Positions 27,219 to 27,305 of a DNA stretch of 27,305 bases are shown here, piece by piece. The first letter of the stretch is position 1. Every line of letters begins with the position of its first letter. Origin of the DNA: Deltaproteobacteria bacterium (lineage in GTDB: Bacteria > Desulfobacterota > Binatia > UBA12015); the NCBI GenBank assembly GCA_046583355.1, contig JAYGCM010000021.1:1-27305 (forward strand). Direction: 5' to 3'. Below the pieces are notes generated by a model, which saw nothing but the letters and a program-made list of their open reading frames with translations, did not search any database and was not told the DNA's origin. Position numbers and translations under genes: made by a program.

Positions 27219-27246
27219 ATTATATCCATTCGGCCTGACCAGTCAA
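27219..27246 (-). promoter_or_regulatory. Sigma-70 promoter for the CNNM-slt operon
   Basis: Minus strand TTGACT-N16-TATAAT, followed by GGAG and TTG 27200. Confidence 0.65.
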
Positions 27247-27279
27247 CCGGAAGCCGGGTGCCGGAGCCCCCGGCAGCCA

Positions 27280-27288
27280 TGGTATATT
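27280..27288 (+). promoter_or_regulatory. Possible extended -10 promoter for a gene beyond the window
   Basis: TGGTATATT fits TGn-TATAAT-like spacing in a GC-rich context. Confidence 0.35.
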
Positions 27289-27305
27289 GCGTTTGCAAAA
27301 CCACC

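Overview
GC-rich bacterial chromosome segment. The tandem DUF507 genes, Cys-rich secreted proteins and F420-type enzymes suggest a Binatia/Myxococcota-like 'deltaproteobacterium', but this is inference only. The left edge holds the 3' end of a tyrosine integrase that stops 1 nt from the 3' end of a tRNA-Pro(TGG)-tRNA-Arg(TCT) pair, so it is probably the boundary of an integrated element. An accessory redox and secretion region follows: a ThuA-like protein, a vapBC-type toxin-antitoxin pair, a saccharopine-dehydrogenase-like reductase, an SDR, an F420-type LLM, two large secreted heme-c-motif proteins, a VOC protein, qor, a GT-C membrane glycosyltransferase, bluB, an internally deleted Aer2-like PAS chemoreceptor, a 2OG-Fe(II) oxygenase and a Ddn-like protein. 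The right part is core genome: groESL, two DUF507 genes, a peptidoglycan recycling cluster (LD-carboxypeptidase, serine hydrolase, mpl, acyltransferase), an Slt-type lytic transglycosylase and a CNNM/CBS protein. The most interesting features are (1) a lipoprotein fusing a CX4CH cytochrome-c-like domain to a PHM/DBH-type copper monooxygenase ligand set, (2) an adjacent secreted CxxCH protein with an apparent sigma-54 promoter and tandem enhancer sites, and (3) a heme-PAS chemoreceptor lacking its CheA/CheW-binding tip. All family calls come from motif recognition by eye; no database searches were run.
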